The notes beneath the pieces are model-generated. The model was not told the origin of the DNA. It saw only the letters and a program-made list of their open reading frames with translations, and ran no database searches. A DNA stretch of 64,000 nt, taken from assembly GCA_025201805.1 (NCBI GenBank), contig MU619289.1, forward strand, positions 31,502 to 95,501, read 5' to 3'. A program made the position numbers and the translations under genes. The stretch is from Parasitella parasitica NRRL 2501 (Eukaryota; Fungi; Mucoromycota). How positions within the stretch are numbered: the first letter of the stretch is position 1; every line of letters starts with the position of its first letter. Positions 39,238 to 52,994 of this stretch are shown here, one piece after another.

Positions 39238-41019
39238 ATGGACAATATTATCTCAGAGAATCCTTATGGATCTAGTAAAAAAATCCAATTGATAAATATG
39301 ACTCCAATGGAATCTTTATTGCGGGCAATTGACAGCGCACACCCTATCCATTTACCCTATCCAAACAGCAGGAAGCGTAGCAGACCTTCGTCTCCACAGC
39401 AATCCATGTCAATTGAGTCTATGCTAGATTCTGATAACGACAGCTATATCAACAAGAGACATTGCGCAACGCCACCGCCCCAATCACCGCAATTGTATTA
39501 TGACCACCATCACATCCCACAGCAACAACAGCAGCAGCAAAAGCCAATTACATCAACTGTAACATGCTATCATGCCTCGGTTGCTCAGAAATCATACGGC
39601 TCGGAAAAGAGATTCCTGTGCCCTCCTCCGATTGTCATGATGTCTAATGCGAAGCAGAGTCCGATTGTATCAATGTCAGTTGTTTGCGAGACAGGAGATC
39701 GTCAATTAGAGCAACGTACATTACTCGACGAGAATCTGAGAGGCAGTTTCAAGTACCTTTTTGTTACGGGCACAGCAAAAGCAAAGCAATTCTGCCTTCG
39801 TGTCAATTTGAACAGCCAACAACAGCAACAGCAGCAACAGCAGCAACAGCAACAACAGCAACCCTATGCTTCATTTTTTAGTAGCCCGATTTCCATCATA
39901 TCAAAACCATCGAAAAAGACAGCAAAGGCTCGCAATATCTCTACATGTTTATTTACAAATTCCTACGTATCACTGTTCAATCGCATCAACTCCCAAACCG
40001 TCCGTACAAAGTACATGACATCAGAAAATAAGCAATTATGTGCAAAGCATTCCTCCTGGTCCCCCTTTGAAATCATCGTTGTATGCCAGCCCAACCAAGC
40101 CGTCAACCCTGACAACCACAGTGTGTCTGTTCCTATCACCTATGGCACTGAAATCATTCTCAAAGACGTCAACACTGCTGTTTCCTCGCCTCCTCTCATC
40201 ATTCGCAAAGTAGACAAAGGACATGTTGTCCACAATTCTTATGGCCTCTTGAGTCAAATGCAAAAGATTGCACTCCAATTGTCTTCTTCTGCTAATTCAT
40301 TGACGCCTTTGTACTTGAATGCCAATGGTTTAGCTATGAGCTCTCCTGAATCTGATAACGGCAATCTCAACCACAATACTAGCGCTTGGATTGATTTTGT
40401 CCCCTCAAAATCTCCCTCCCCATCAGCAGCAGCAACAGCGATTGCGAGCGAAAAAGGCGAAGCAGTTGACGATTATCTCTGTTGGACGATTGTTGGGATC
40501 TCAAAATTTGAATATAGCTTTTCAGAAACACCCCACCCGCTTCACCATCATCCACAACAAAATATCGATCCCACCGCAAGACAGCTTTCTCCACCACCAT
40601 CTCCACCTAGATCCATTGTGCCATTTCCTCTAATTTCTTCTGTTGACTATGTACCTCAGACACACTCTTTGAAGGCATTTGGACAACATTTAATGCAGCC
40701 GCTTCCGTATTCTCGTCTCTTGGAATTCTGGCTTGGCTCACATGGACCATTGCCTGTATCTAACAATGATGGAAATCTGACAATATCTGTACCTGACACC
40801 CAAGAATTACTGGTAACAAATCACGACATGCTGATTACAAGACCTGATGGCGCTAGATATTTCGAATTGCCATTACTATTAGTACGACATGATGGATTTG
40901 TTTACCATTCTGGTAAAGCACTCTCCTATGATATCGATCCAAAAGGTGATTCTGGTAGATGGTCAGTGAATGAAGCCTCCAATAGCAACTCATCAATAAG
41001 CTCCTCGAGCACCAGTTAA
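39238..41019 (+). CDS. CSL (CBF1/Su(H)/LAG-1) family transcription factor, fungal Cbf11/Cbf12 type; intronless
   Basis: 'CYHASVAQKSYGSEKRFLCPPP', 'IISKPSKK', 'VSLFNRINSQTVRTKYM', 'PLIIRKVDK', 'SQMQKIAL', 'WTIVG', 'LLLVRHDG'. Confidence 0.93.
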   Translation: MDNIISENPYGSSKKIQLINMTPMESLLRAIDSAHPIHLPYPNSRKRSRPSSPQQSMSIESMLDSDNDSYINKRHCATPPPQSPQLYYDHHHIPQQQQQQQKPITSTVTCYHASVAQKSYGSEKRFLCPPPIVMMSNAKQSPIVSMSVVCETGDRQLEQRTLLDENLRGSFKYLFVTGTAKAKQFCLRVNLNSQQQQQQQQQQQQQQQPYASFFSSPISIISKPSKKTAKARNISTCLFTNSYVSLFNRINSQTVRTKYMTSENKQLCAKHSSWSPFEIIVVCQPNQAVNPDNHSVSVPITYGTEIILKDVNTAVSSPPLIIRKVDKGHVVHNSYGLLSQMQKIALQLSSSANSLTPLYLNANGLAMSSPESDNGNLNHNTSAWIDFVPSKSPSPSAAATAIASEKGEAVDDYLCWTIVGISKFEYSFSETPHPLHHHPQQNIDPTARQLSPPPSPPRSIVPFPLISSVDYVPQTHSLKAFGQHLMQPLPYSRLLEFWLGSHGPLPVSNNDGNLTISVPDTQELLVTNHDMLITRPDGARYFELPLLLVRHDGFVYHSGKALSYDIDPKGDSGRWSVNEASNSNSSISSSSTS

Positions 41020-42371
41020 TGCTAGATATATATCCCTCCTTTTCCTTTCTTTTTTCTTAATTTCTAATTATTAATTATGTATATGATTTTTTATTTTATT
41101 TTATTTTTCTTATGTGTACATTATTCTCTTTATATGATGGAAAAAATTCTTTTGTTCGATTTGTTTGTGTAAATAAATAAAAAATACTGGTCGGCGATAA
41201 GCTTCAATTCTCATCTGATCTTATCACTCGGTTTCCCATTCTTTTGAGCAACCATAATCGGGATGCCTTGATTGTGTACTTCGGCAATTAACAGTTACAC
41301 TAAATTATATAGGATCGATATCGAGATGCTCCCACCAATAAAAGCATTCTTCAAACATCTCAGGCACATTTTTTATTGGAAATTATATACAGTACAACTG
41401 ATGCTTTTTCTGTTTAGTTTACCCATAAAAAATATACTTTAGCCTTACAAAAGAATCTTATCTATTAGTATGTATCCCTCGGCATCTCTATTTGTGTATC
41501 ATTTGCTACATAAGCAGTAAAGTGTTCATTTTATAAATCTTTGAAAGTTTGATAACGTGCATAATCAAGATTCGAATGTCGCCATGGTATTTGGATTATA
41601 TCAAGCATAAACGGACTCACGATTAATAATGATAAATTCTTTTTCTCAAATTTATACGACCTATTCGGGTAGTGCTTTTGTATCACTCGGATTGTTCAGG
41701 CTTTTATTTTCGTAAAAAACTATGTTTGATATTGACTTCTCCAAAAGAGATGGTTCCAATTAGGTATACTCTTGATATTTAAAGAGATCATACGTTGTAA
41801 ATGATGTATTATTATACGAACATGACATAGAGAAACTATTTTGCTTTGAACGATTGCCTGAAGTATTAATTTACCCGAGAAAAGTTTAAAAACAGAATTG
41901 CTTAGGCTTTTGCGGTATATTTTAGGGGACTACCACATACAATTAACGAGTGGGAAAAGTGTATGGCGACATCGAAGTTGACTACTTGGTTGAAAGGCAT
42001 TTTTTACTGCTGCAACCTTGAGCACCTGACGATGGCATTACATGTACTGTATATTTATTTGTGATTGTTTGAACATTTTGCAGCACACAGCTGTTAGTAT
42101 AGACCCTCCATTTAGGCAAACCCTTTGATAACCACATGAAGCTATAGTGCAATGCCAAGTCAGAGGAAGTGCTACCGTCAATTTTGTTTGTGATACCCTA
42201 CATGTTTGTTGGATATACGACACCAACCAACCGAAAAACTCCGTTAGAGTGTGCTTAAAGACAACGTTTGCTGCTGTATCCAAATAATAGTTTTTGTGAC
42301 AAGAAACAACAAATTATTCGCAAAAAGCCAACGTCAACAACACTCGAAAAAGAAAAGTTGTGTAGCCCAAA

Positions 42372-43915
42372 ATGAACCCGATGTACATTGACCCGTACGT
42401 TCGTATTTCACAAAACCGACATTGGCTGGCAAGCAATGCTAAAAAGAGGGATAAGCTTAACAAAGGCAAAAGCAGCCTGTCTCAGACAGTGACAGCTACA
42501 ACTACAACTACAACAACAACAACAACACCATCAAAGAAAAAGAACAGACATACTCGCGAAGAAAAGTTCAATCCTGAAGTGCTGGACACATTCTGCTTTC
42601 ATTGGCCCGATATGCATTCGTATGTGCTGGTTCGAGTACTAGACTCAACCATTGCTATATTACCTGTACGCTCACGACTCGCATTTCTCTATTTTCATCA
42701 CGCTCCACTACCTACGCATCCGTCGCCTAAAGACCTGCGAAAAGTACTTCGACCTGTTGCAGCAGCAAATAGCTCATCTAGGCGCATCCATAGCATGTTT
42801 AAAAATTGGAAATACACATTAGCTATTGAAGATGCAGGGAAAGAGCAACAAGAGGAAGGAGAGGAGGAGGACCTATTCTCTAATAAAAGTGATAGTAGCA
42901 GTAGCAGCGATGATAACAATACCGGCAACAATTCATCAATATCTGCTCCTATTAACAACGTGACAGAAACACCTCCATCAACACCCAAAGTATCCTCAAA
43001 TGTAACACTTGCTGATGTGCTCTCATATGAAGGAGATTTACGTAATGGATGGATTCATGCTCCTTGCATGGTCACTGACGATGAAAACATGTACGACAAC
43101 AATGTCAATTTGATAACAAAACACACTGTTATTCGATTAACGGCACGATGTTTCTCAGAGAAGATGATGTTTATGAACCTCGTAAAACTCCAGCGTGGCT
43201 TAGTGGGAGATCGTGTACTTGACGACAAAGAATACCACAATAATAGTGCTGATATGTATGACGATTACAGTAGCACACTACCTCTCAAACGTCGGCCATC
43301 ACTAAAGTCTGTTGCCACTACTGTTGGATTGTGAGTATTTCACTAATATGTATACAACATCATCCGGGTTAACACTGATATTTCTTTACAGAATGAAAGT
43401 GTCTAGCAATGTAATTGACAACTTACGGCGCGAAACTGAACAGCAAATGGAAGATATTCATCAATTTATGAAGAACATAACCATTTGCAAACAAGATATT
43501 GCCAGTTACACGCGGCAACTGCTAGAATTGGATCAGTCATTAGATATGGCAATGGATACGGCCTTGAACATTCAATTTAGCTCACTGAAACACTTGCTAG
43601 ATAACGTTAATCATCAACTGGCTGATTCGATTACACAATATCATAGTGATCGGTCAAGAATTTCTCAATTGCAAGAGCAAGTTTCTGTGCATAATGCCTT
43701 TTTAAAAGGTGCTTCGCAAAGATATGAACGTATCAAGCGTAAGGTTCGTGGCCATGCATTTTATCCATGGCTATACACAGGTAATCAAACGGAGGGCCCG
43801 CATGCAAAGCTATTACCGTGAACTAATGCAACAAATAGTATTAGCCAGTTTAGTCTTGCTGACTTCGATCCTAGTCGCTTATTACTATTTGACTTCTTCA
43901 CGATTGAATATATGA
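42372..43915 (+). CDS. Hypothetical protein with C-terminal coiled coil and tail-anchor helix, 3 exons
   Basis: Introns 43331-43392 and 43744-43780 join the ORFs in frame; ends LASLVLLTSILVAYYYLTSSRLNI*. Confidence 0.65.
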
Positions 43916-44767
43916 AGTTCAAATTATTATCACTGGAAGTATCAAAGTTTTATCACTAAACAGTCTCTCTTTATAATCTTCAAGCCATCCTAGATTGTAT
44001 TCATGACAACCCTTAAGAAAATAAGACTTTCCTCATTGAATTCTTATTCCAAACTAGTGAATCTGCTCAGCATTTAGTGTAGCCTTGTCACTTGATTTAT
44101 TTCAAATATCAGTGTACACCAGCCGCTCAATCTCCCTTCTTCGATTATGACCCATCTCCCCTCTAATCACCTGTTGTGAAAATGTAATAAAAACAAAATA
44201 AAAAATACTTTTTACACTGTTATCTATTCTTTTAAAAGGATAGTAAAATACAAAAACTATTTCTTTAAACTAATTTCTTGATAATACATTACCAGATAGT
44301 GATAAATTACTAATTAGAGAAAAGCATATGAGAAATGTGAAGCGGGAGTAGCTAATGTTTTAGCTAAATGCTGTACTTTGTTATTCATATATCTATTTGT
44401 TTGGACAATTACTATACAATCACGGTTGCTGCGCTGTAAAATATGATTAACCATTGTTATGATTAAGTTTAACTTTCAGTGAAGTTTAAAAGGAACATAA
44501 GCCTTATTTTTTAATTACAAATCAATAGCAATTCTAGAAAGCAAGATGAACAGATACAAAACTATGAAAACCTCTAGAAGCCCAGTCTACAATTAGTATA
44601 AGTACGAAATGGTTTTATTAAATAAAATATTATCATCCCAATAATCAAAGTCTCTTCTAAGATCTCCTACTTGACACTCATCCGAGCAATACATAAAAAA
44701 TGTCACGTGCTTTTCTCCTATAGTAAATTGGATGTTATTAAACTCTGCACCTGTAGAAAATATGAAA

Positions 44768-44839
44768 TCTTCGGTAGTATAGTGGTGAGTATCCCCGCCT
44801 GTCACGCGGGAGACCGGGGTTCAATTCCCCGCCGGAGAG
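44768..44839 (+). tRNA. tRNA-Asp(GTC)
   Basis: Acceptor TCTTCGG/CCGGAGA, D arm TAGTATAGTGG, anticodon stem CCCGC-CTGTCAC-GCGGG, T loop GGTTCAATTCC, followed by T tracts. Confidence 0.97.
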
Positions 44840-46435
44840 GTTTTATTTTTTTGGGGTTTATGTAGTCCTGTTATCCCGAAATGGGATTATAAAAAAGGCA
44901 ACGTTTATTATTTCTGGATTGAGGATTAAAAATAGCTAAATTTGGCATGAACGTCAAATAAATGAGTGCGATACTATCTGTGTGCGTTGATGTGCTATTG
45001 TTCCGATTGAAGATAAACACTAAAATTGTACAATCGGACGGAAAAACCAGTGTATGTCTACTGTTTTACTTGATAAAGTTTGTAGTGATTTGGAACCGAA
45101 ATGTAATGTACGTAAATTACGGGACCTAATAGGTAATAGATGTTAGCACTGTTAAATTTGACAAGTTGTACTCTTCCGGTATGCGTCCAAGACGAAACAC
45201 CAATCCTTTTGTAGGTTACAACCTGATAGCACATGGTTTCCCACTTGCATCCCGCTTTTCTCTATTCTTTCTACTCTGTAACTTCATGTATTTCTCGGTA
45301 ATAAGTTGTTATGTTTGGACAAATTATGAGTATTTAGGACTTGATAGCATCATTCAAATATAAATTTCAGGATGAAAATGTTGGGACAAGAAGATATGTT
45401 CTGTTTTTATATTTTATACATGATTCAATGTTCTTTTACAGCTATGATAATATTGGTATGGTTTAAGGTCGGAAATCACTTATTTTATCCCAATCATATT
45501 GTCAGATTGCTAATAGATCAATTCTGGATATAATAGGATCTGAGCTAACTTATGAATATCATTCTATATATATTGTTGTTTGACATTTGTTATTCATTAC
45601 TGTAAATGTTTAATAACTTGTCTAATATAGTATGTATTATATCTTGAAGCAAGACTACATTTTATCTTTACTATTTGAGTGCATATACAACATGGATCTT
45701 TCTCAAAGAGTTGACGTATTACTTTGAGAGCATCTAATGTAGAAATTCATAATCACATCGATTATATCGATTTGAAATAAACGGGGTCACAATCCTTGGA
45801 ATGTATAGATGAACACTATGATGGTATTCTAGGAGTATTCTAGGAAGAAGGAACCATAATCAGTTGTACTAAGGCGAAAAAATGTGGGAAGCACAAGAAA
45901 CTATATCTAAATTATCATGTTTGTTATGAACACCATCTTAATGTCATGTTTCCTTGAAATAAATTTGATGATTTGGCTAGCACTTGCGTTTAGAACTATT
46001 AAGTGGATAGAAGGCACTTGTCAAAAAATATGTTTGGATTCAATTTTTAATTTTTACTCCATTATTTTCCTGAATAATTGCATAAAAATAAATGTGGGAA
46101 AATTCCTTGATTGTTCCTGAAAACGGCTCCATCAAGGATATGTAGTAACTTTTTTCACAGTTGTGGTTGAATATGTATCGGAATGTTATCAGAGTTTTGC
46201 CTCATGAAACGAAAACAAAGCACTTAGAAATTTGGTTTCGCTTTATAAGCTAGGGGCTAGCTCACGTTCGTTAAACTTTGAGCAAAAGCAAGTATTAATA
46301 ATGTTGTGCTAATTCAGGGGCGCAGTGAAATGTTGTGTAAATGCGACATGAAAATAGTAGTGAAGAGTTTTTCTGAATAAAACCAGATACAAAACCGAAG
46401 ACTTTTATTTACATAAGGTATGATTTCTATTTATA

Positions 46436-49400
46436 CTAGCTGACCTGCTCGCTTCGCTCACGACGGCCATCGTCGCCCTATCGGGAGCTCAATTTTCTAT
46501 AAATGCTAATCAAGTATTCAATGTTCTTTTATTGTTGTTATTTATAATTTAAAGTATACTGTTAGACAGGAATAATAACATAGATGTAGAAAGGCACAAT
46601 AGAAAAAAAAATGTAGAAAGCAGTAGAGTTATTTGAATACTTCATGGAATACAATGTTATCGGTGTATGATCCTGTATAGTTTTTGATAGTTGAGGTTTT
46701 TCTATCCAAGAGAATTTTGATTGAAGATGGCTGCTTAATGCGCGAGAAAGCAACATATAACTGGCCATGTGAGAGGACGGGAGAATTGAGAAAAAGACCA
46801 AGAAAGTCGAGAGTTTGACCTTGGGCCTTGTTGATGGTCATGGCAAATGCCGGTCTAACCGGAAATTGTCTTCTTCTGAAAGGTATTGTTGTTTGTGCTT
46901 CATTTGAGAATACATCAATTCTGGGAATTAAGAATGTAGCCCCTTTGTTTGGGCCTGTTACTATTTCTGCTTCAATAATGTGTGCTTTGAATGACTTGCA
47001 TATCAATCGAGTGCCATTGCATACACCAGTTTTAGGTGAAAGGTTTCTGAGCATCATTATAGGTGAGCCAACCTTCAACTTTAAACAGTGAGGTGGTAAT
47101 GAGCCTGGGTTGAGAGAATTTAGGTATTCAACTGGGTATAGCATGGACCGACTTTCATCGTCTGCAGAATCAGCACTAAGGAATTCAACATATTCTCCAG
47201 GGAATTGGTCCATTATCAGACTGTTGATTTCAGCTACCTGTGTATTTTTTGGTGCAAGAATGGCTTTTGAAACTAATGCGCTTGCTTCAAGGTCAATCGA
47301 ATTTTGGAATTTGTTATACACTGCTGTTGCTAGTGTAGAGATGTCCGAGCCTGGTAGAAGCATTTCGTCTTTAAGTTGGATAAGGGGCGTTTCGCTGACA
47401 GTTTTTTCTTTTCCATCACCAATCCTGAGCAGATATGAAGCAAAATCTTGAAGTTCTGCAGCTAGTTGTGTGTCGTTGGCAGAAAGGGCTTGTTGTACAC
47501 GCATATTTGTGAGAAGTTTGAATGCTTTAACATGCGGCCAGAGAGGAGAGTTGTTCAAGCATTGGCTTATGATGGTTGGTCTTTGTGCTCGAGGAATAAC
47601 AGGTAAAACCTGACGAAAGTCGCCTCCAAAAACAAACAGCTTACCACCAAGAGGAACGTGCTCCAACAACGGGTCTTCTACTTTCATTATATCTCGTAAG
47701 GTACGATCCACTGTCATTATCTGATCTGTACTAATCATAGATGCTTCATCCCAGACTATAAGCTTGGCACTCCTAATAATTTTTGCTTCCTGACATGAAG
47801 GCGTGATCATGCAAACTGTTTCACCTGATACTACTATTGGTATCTTGAATGTTGAATGTGCTGTTCTACCACCTTTAAGAAGAGTGGCTGCAGTACCACT
47901 ATGGGCAACAGCAATTGCGATCTCGTTTTTACGACGTACAGAGTCAAGTAATGCATTGAACAAAAAGGTTTTTCCAGTACCGCCTGGTCCATCAATGAAC
48001 ATGATTCTTGGTTGTGTTGAGTGGGGTTCCTCTGTGAGCTCTAAAACCATGTCGAATAAGGCTTTTTGATTGTCGTTAAAAGGCAGCAAAGAGGGATCAG
48101 GGCACGTAGAGGCTGCAGCATTTAAAATCAAATGTTCACGCAGCAAGGGAGGGGCAGAGCTAAACCCATTGTTTCGAGTGTCGTTTGTAGGCAAATAAAA
48201 CCCTTCAAAATCAGTTACAGATCTTCCGCTAGCAGCCAAAAGATCATTGATATCAAGAAGGCAGTTGTTGTAGCACTCTTTCAAACTTGATTCTAAAAGG
48301 ACAGAGACATTAAGTTCAGAGCTTACCCTATGAATATAATCCTCAGCTAAATGCCCTTTAAATGTATTCCATAAACTGAGAGGATTTGATGGTATGCAAA
48401 ACAAAAGAATGGTAGAAAACAGCTTTCTTAACTGTACAGGAGATTGGAAGCTAAGACACTCTGTCAAACACGCATCCCATTGCTCATCAGAAGCCAATAG
48501 ATTTAACGCTCTTGCTGCTGCTTGGAATGTAGGGTATACATGCTGATCAACAGTACGAAGATCCTGATAGCTCTTGGCGCCGCGTATATGGTGGAGAAGC
48601 ATCCGAAGATAGTACTTTTCTTGAGTGTTAGGGGATACAGTATAAATACGGCCTATAGTATCACCATTTGGGTTCCTTCTAGGGCGCCAGCTATAATCCT
48701 TCCATACAAAATGCTCTGGGAACTCGGCATAGAGATATTGCCTGGCAGACTCGTTCGTACGGTTGTACCTGAACCAAGCTGTAAGTGTTGTGTCCTTAGC
48801 CTGGGCATCCTCAACAATTTCAACTAATAGCCTATTGGTAGTCTCATCAAAGCATACATTCTGTTGTCCTTCCAGATGAATTTGAAGTCTTTGATGTGAT
48901 GGATACTCTTTATGCAAGGAAAAGTGAAAAATGCGCCAGCATGCCTCAGAAGCAGAGACATACCGGGCATCTAAAAACTGCTTGATTTCATCGTTTCCTT
49001 CTATGGTTTGGCCTTCTTGTCTTTCTGTTGCCATTTCTACGCTTGCCCGATCGTGGCCCTTATACACATACTTGTAAATGTATTTCACACTTTTTACAGT
49101 GTTGCATATCTCGAAATTGATATGGGCGTCATATTTGATGCAAAGGTCAATGTTGTGGGGGACAACCCATTCATTACCAAGTGGAACATCGCGGCGATAG
49201 ACAAACCTTCCATCGTAAGGTCTATGATATTTTGGAAATCCAGATCCTTCTTCAATGGTAGTGCTTTGGTTGTATTTGTGAGGATATGAATTTGAGCATT
49301 TTCCATCCTTCATACATGGTGCGTTTGGCCAAAGATTACCACATGGTCCATGCATCATGCTTTTTATTACTGTTTGGTAAGCTAAAGGTTGAAGTTGTGG

Positions 49401-51570
49401 ATCAGGAATCTTTGCTGAAACAATCTTGTCAATATCTTCTACAGTCCGAGGTTTATCGGCATCAGATACAATCAAAAGAATGTGCGCGTGAGGAAGGCCT
49501 CGTTTCTGAAACTCAATGACATGTATGTGAGCAACAACTTTTCCTAAAATCTGCTTTGAGATCAAGTCTTCCATAAAAACACTGAGTTTCTTTTGGAAGA
49601 CACCGGCACAAAGATCAGGACGATCAGGGGTTGTCTGATTGGCATGTAAGAGCTCGCGTTGAATCTCGGGCCACTTTGGATTGCATGTGAAGGTGATGAA
49701 AAAGTCGGGCTTACCAAACCTTCTTACGATGCTGATGGCGTCCTGGTATAGCTGCTGCATGTAACGTGCTGATCCAATAAATGAACTTGGTAAAATCACT
49801 CTACAGCCAACTATACTCAAATCGGTGGATCCATCTTCCAATCTTACTGCATCCTCTAAACCACTCAGTAAATGCGATCTTAGTAACTTTTGATTGTGTC
49901 TAAGAAACTGAAGGCGTTGTTGCTCAATCTTGGCGTACATATCCACAATGAACTGCTGAAACAAATTGCCAAACAAATGAAGACAATGATTGCCACCTCT
50001 AATCATTAATTTAAAAGCATAGTAGTTCATAGCAGTTACTTTTTTGCCACTCAAAGAGACGGTCTCAATATTCCAACTTGGAGTGCCATAAGGAAACATC
50101 AAGACATAGGCCATCGCGTCATACCATTGATTCAATTCACTTATTCTTTGAAGAGGACCTCCATTTGTAGGTCGTATTACAATATCTCTTGTTGTTTCTG
50201 GGTTATCGTCTCCAACAATGAGTACACCAATCTCGGTAGAAGTAGTTGGGGCGTTGTATCTCCTTCGATCTGGTGTACCTTCAGCTCTAAATACCATTGA
50301 GACATCAGGAACAGAGCTAGGGTTCTCTGCAATCAACTGAGCCATTGACTTGAAATCATAGACAAAACGATTTACGTCATGCATAAGTGCTTGAAGGTTG
50401 GTCAAAGTGGTGATATTAAGATGCTGGTTGTGAGCATGGCGGTTTCGAATCTCATTTCCAGAGTCGTGGATATAGATTTGAGCAAATTTAGGTGCCTCAC
50501 CTACTCCTGGATGCAAGGTTCCAATTCTATGATAAAGGCTGCCATGAATTTTAAATGAATAGGCGCCTACACGTGCATTGGCTACTGTCGAGTCAAGGTT
50601 ACAACCTAGCGAGGTGAACCCCAGAGCACTGTTGTAAGCTCTTAGATTTGATCTAAACTCCTTGCTTTGTTCGTCTGATCCTCTCAATAAATTGGCAATC
50701 AACTCAGGCATCTCGGGCAAAGGATCAACAACGTATTTACCCTTGCCACAGCACAAAGAGAAATCGGGGTTTGCATTCGTGCCTCCATTCTTTTCTGATG
50801 CCCACATGCGTGCTTGACAATGGCGACAAATGCTGTTCATTCCACCAAGATCATGGCGCTCGGTGAAAGAGGGTGTACTTCTTCTGGCCATGTTATGAGT
50901 ATTGTTGTGCGTTGAGTTGGAGCACAATCTACTGTTAGGTCGCAAATGACCTTCTTGTCCACAGCTTGAACAAACAGGGCTGCTAGTTGTTGCATCATTA
51001 GCGCTGATTGTTTCTGCTTGCTGATCTACTTCCATAGTTTCAGGTTGAGGCCCTAGTTTATACAAAAAGTTCGATTATGATTGTAGAATGAAAACAAATT
51101 TGAGACATACGATTAGCAATGTTGTTAGCGCAATCACGATGAGAAGATCGACGATGGCCTATACCACCACAGCTTGCGCAAGTGCTACTGTTAGAACGGG
51201 TATTATTGAGGCAAAGCCTGCTTGTAGAACGTAAATGGCCTTCTTGACCACAGCTTAAACAAATTCTAATAGCAGGCATTTTGTTCGTTATAATTCGTTA
51301 TAATTCGTTATGATAAAAAGTGTCCAAATAAAAAGTGTCATATTAAAAAGTTTCAATGTTTTATTGATTAAATAAACTGAGCTAAAACGTGAATGGCCTT
51401 GTTGACCACAGCTTGAGCAGATTCCAATAGCAGGCATTTTGTTTTCGTAGTAATAAAAAGTGTCATTTTAATTGAATCAACTGAGCTTCCAAATTTGGAA
51501 TATGACTGTTTTTTACGAAGCGTGTAAAAAAAGTTAGCAGACTCCATTTTTTTAATTATATAGATTAAGA
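46436..51570 (-). mobile_element. Full-length Helitron (rolling-circle transposon), ~5.1 kb
   Basis: Minus-strand 5' end A|TCTTAATCTATATAATT (51570, or 51564); 3' end GC-rich hairpins (CGACG..CGTCG, GCGAAGC) then CAGCTAG|T at 46436; AT target, no TSD. Confidence 0.88.
46629..51279 (-). CDS. Helitron RepHel transposase (HUH endonuclease + Pif1-like SF1 helicase), ~1530 aa, one intron 51053-51110
   Basis: 'FFITFTCNPKW', HUH 'EFQKRGLPHAHILL', Y2 'KYIYKYVYKG', Walker A 'GPGGTGKT', 'VWDEASM', 'GDFRQVLP', 'FAMTINKAQGQT'. Confidence 0.95.
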
Positions 51571-52994
51571 TATATCCTAATCAATGTTTATCTACGTAAC
51601 ATCTGGTGTTTGGCACTTCCTGTCAAACATTATTAAATTACAGCATTTCCAGGAACAGACCTTTTGTTCTATTTTACATTATAAAAGAGAAGTGGTGAAT
51701 CAAATGTCTCCCCGACATCCCGCGATCTGATCTTGATGTAATCTTTGAATAAGCCTTAAACCTTACAAGGGTTTCGATTACAACTTGTAGCTTATTACTT
51801 GAATTTGTAAAAGAATTACCAACAATGAATATGATGATCCGTACAGCGTTACAACCATGTTAGATATTGCATATGTAGCCTTTATATAAATGCTACAAAT
51901 AAATACATTTCAGCTCAACCAATAGAACTCTAAGTTAACACAGGACTCAAGCCAACATATTCCGATGTTACAGAAGCCAAGCGAACAGATAAGCAGTGGT
52001 CAAGCAAAAGAATTTCCAAATAAGCGTTTTTCAAAATTTTCAAACTAAAATGAGCAATCAAGCGAACATGTATCAATAACCCAGGCAATTAAGAGAGTCC
52101 GAGCAGCATACTTGCTTGATTTGCTCTGTGCTTGTGGTTTTATTTTCGTAAATATTTAACAAACATTTGGTCATAACTGCTGCCAATAATAGAACCGTAG
52201 AACCGCGATCGAGTCTGGAAAACTTAATGACAACTTGGCACTATCGAATAAAACCATGTATACCTACGAACGATATAAACAAAGTTATCAGCAGAAAACA
52301 GCAATCTTTATACAAGAAATACATATAAATACCTATAGCTTTTTGTACAACAAGCGTAGTCTTTATATTTATAACTAACGAAACATTTGGTCTTAACTTC
52401 TTTAAAATGCTTGATTGTGATCTTATAGATAGTCATCATCGGTTGGAAGGAATAATGTATCTTGTGGATTATTAACATAATTAAAGCCATCGTTATTAAA
52501 TAATGTGGATAGAATAAAGCCAGTGTGGAAGAAGGAATAATCAGGCGGAAATATTACTTTCATTATACCATTATATATGTTGTGTTATTGAGAATTAAGC
52601 AAAACTGATCATACGTAATGTGAATATTATTAAAAACCATTTGAAGAGTTGCATGTAATAGTTTTATATAGATTTTATAATATTAGTCCATTCACAAGCC
52701 TTACAAGGATTCAAAGAAAATTCGCTTACTTTTTGAGTAAAGTATCAAACGTGCGCCATTGCCTAGAACAAGCTTTAGTGCGTTTTTTGAACACGTACTA
52801 CGACAAACAATCATGCATCAAATGACAACCCAAAAGCAACTATTTCATGCCTAATGTTGTCAACCAATATGCAATCTACTGCATGCTTGTGTGACTAGTC
52901 GATGACATTGATGCAATACAAACATTTAAAATATTTATAGTAAAAAATGGCTCCAAGACTCACATAGCCTACTTCTCTTCTCTGCTAGTATAAA

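Noticed and set aside
44593-44865. Short ORFs overlapping the tRNA
   Set aside because: Chance frames across tRNA-Asp
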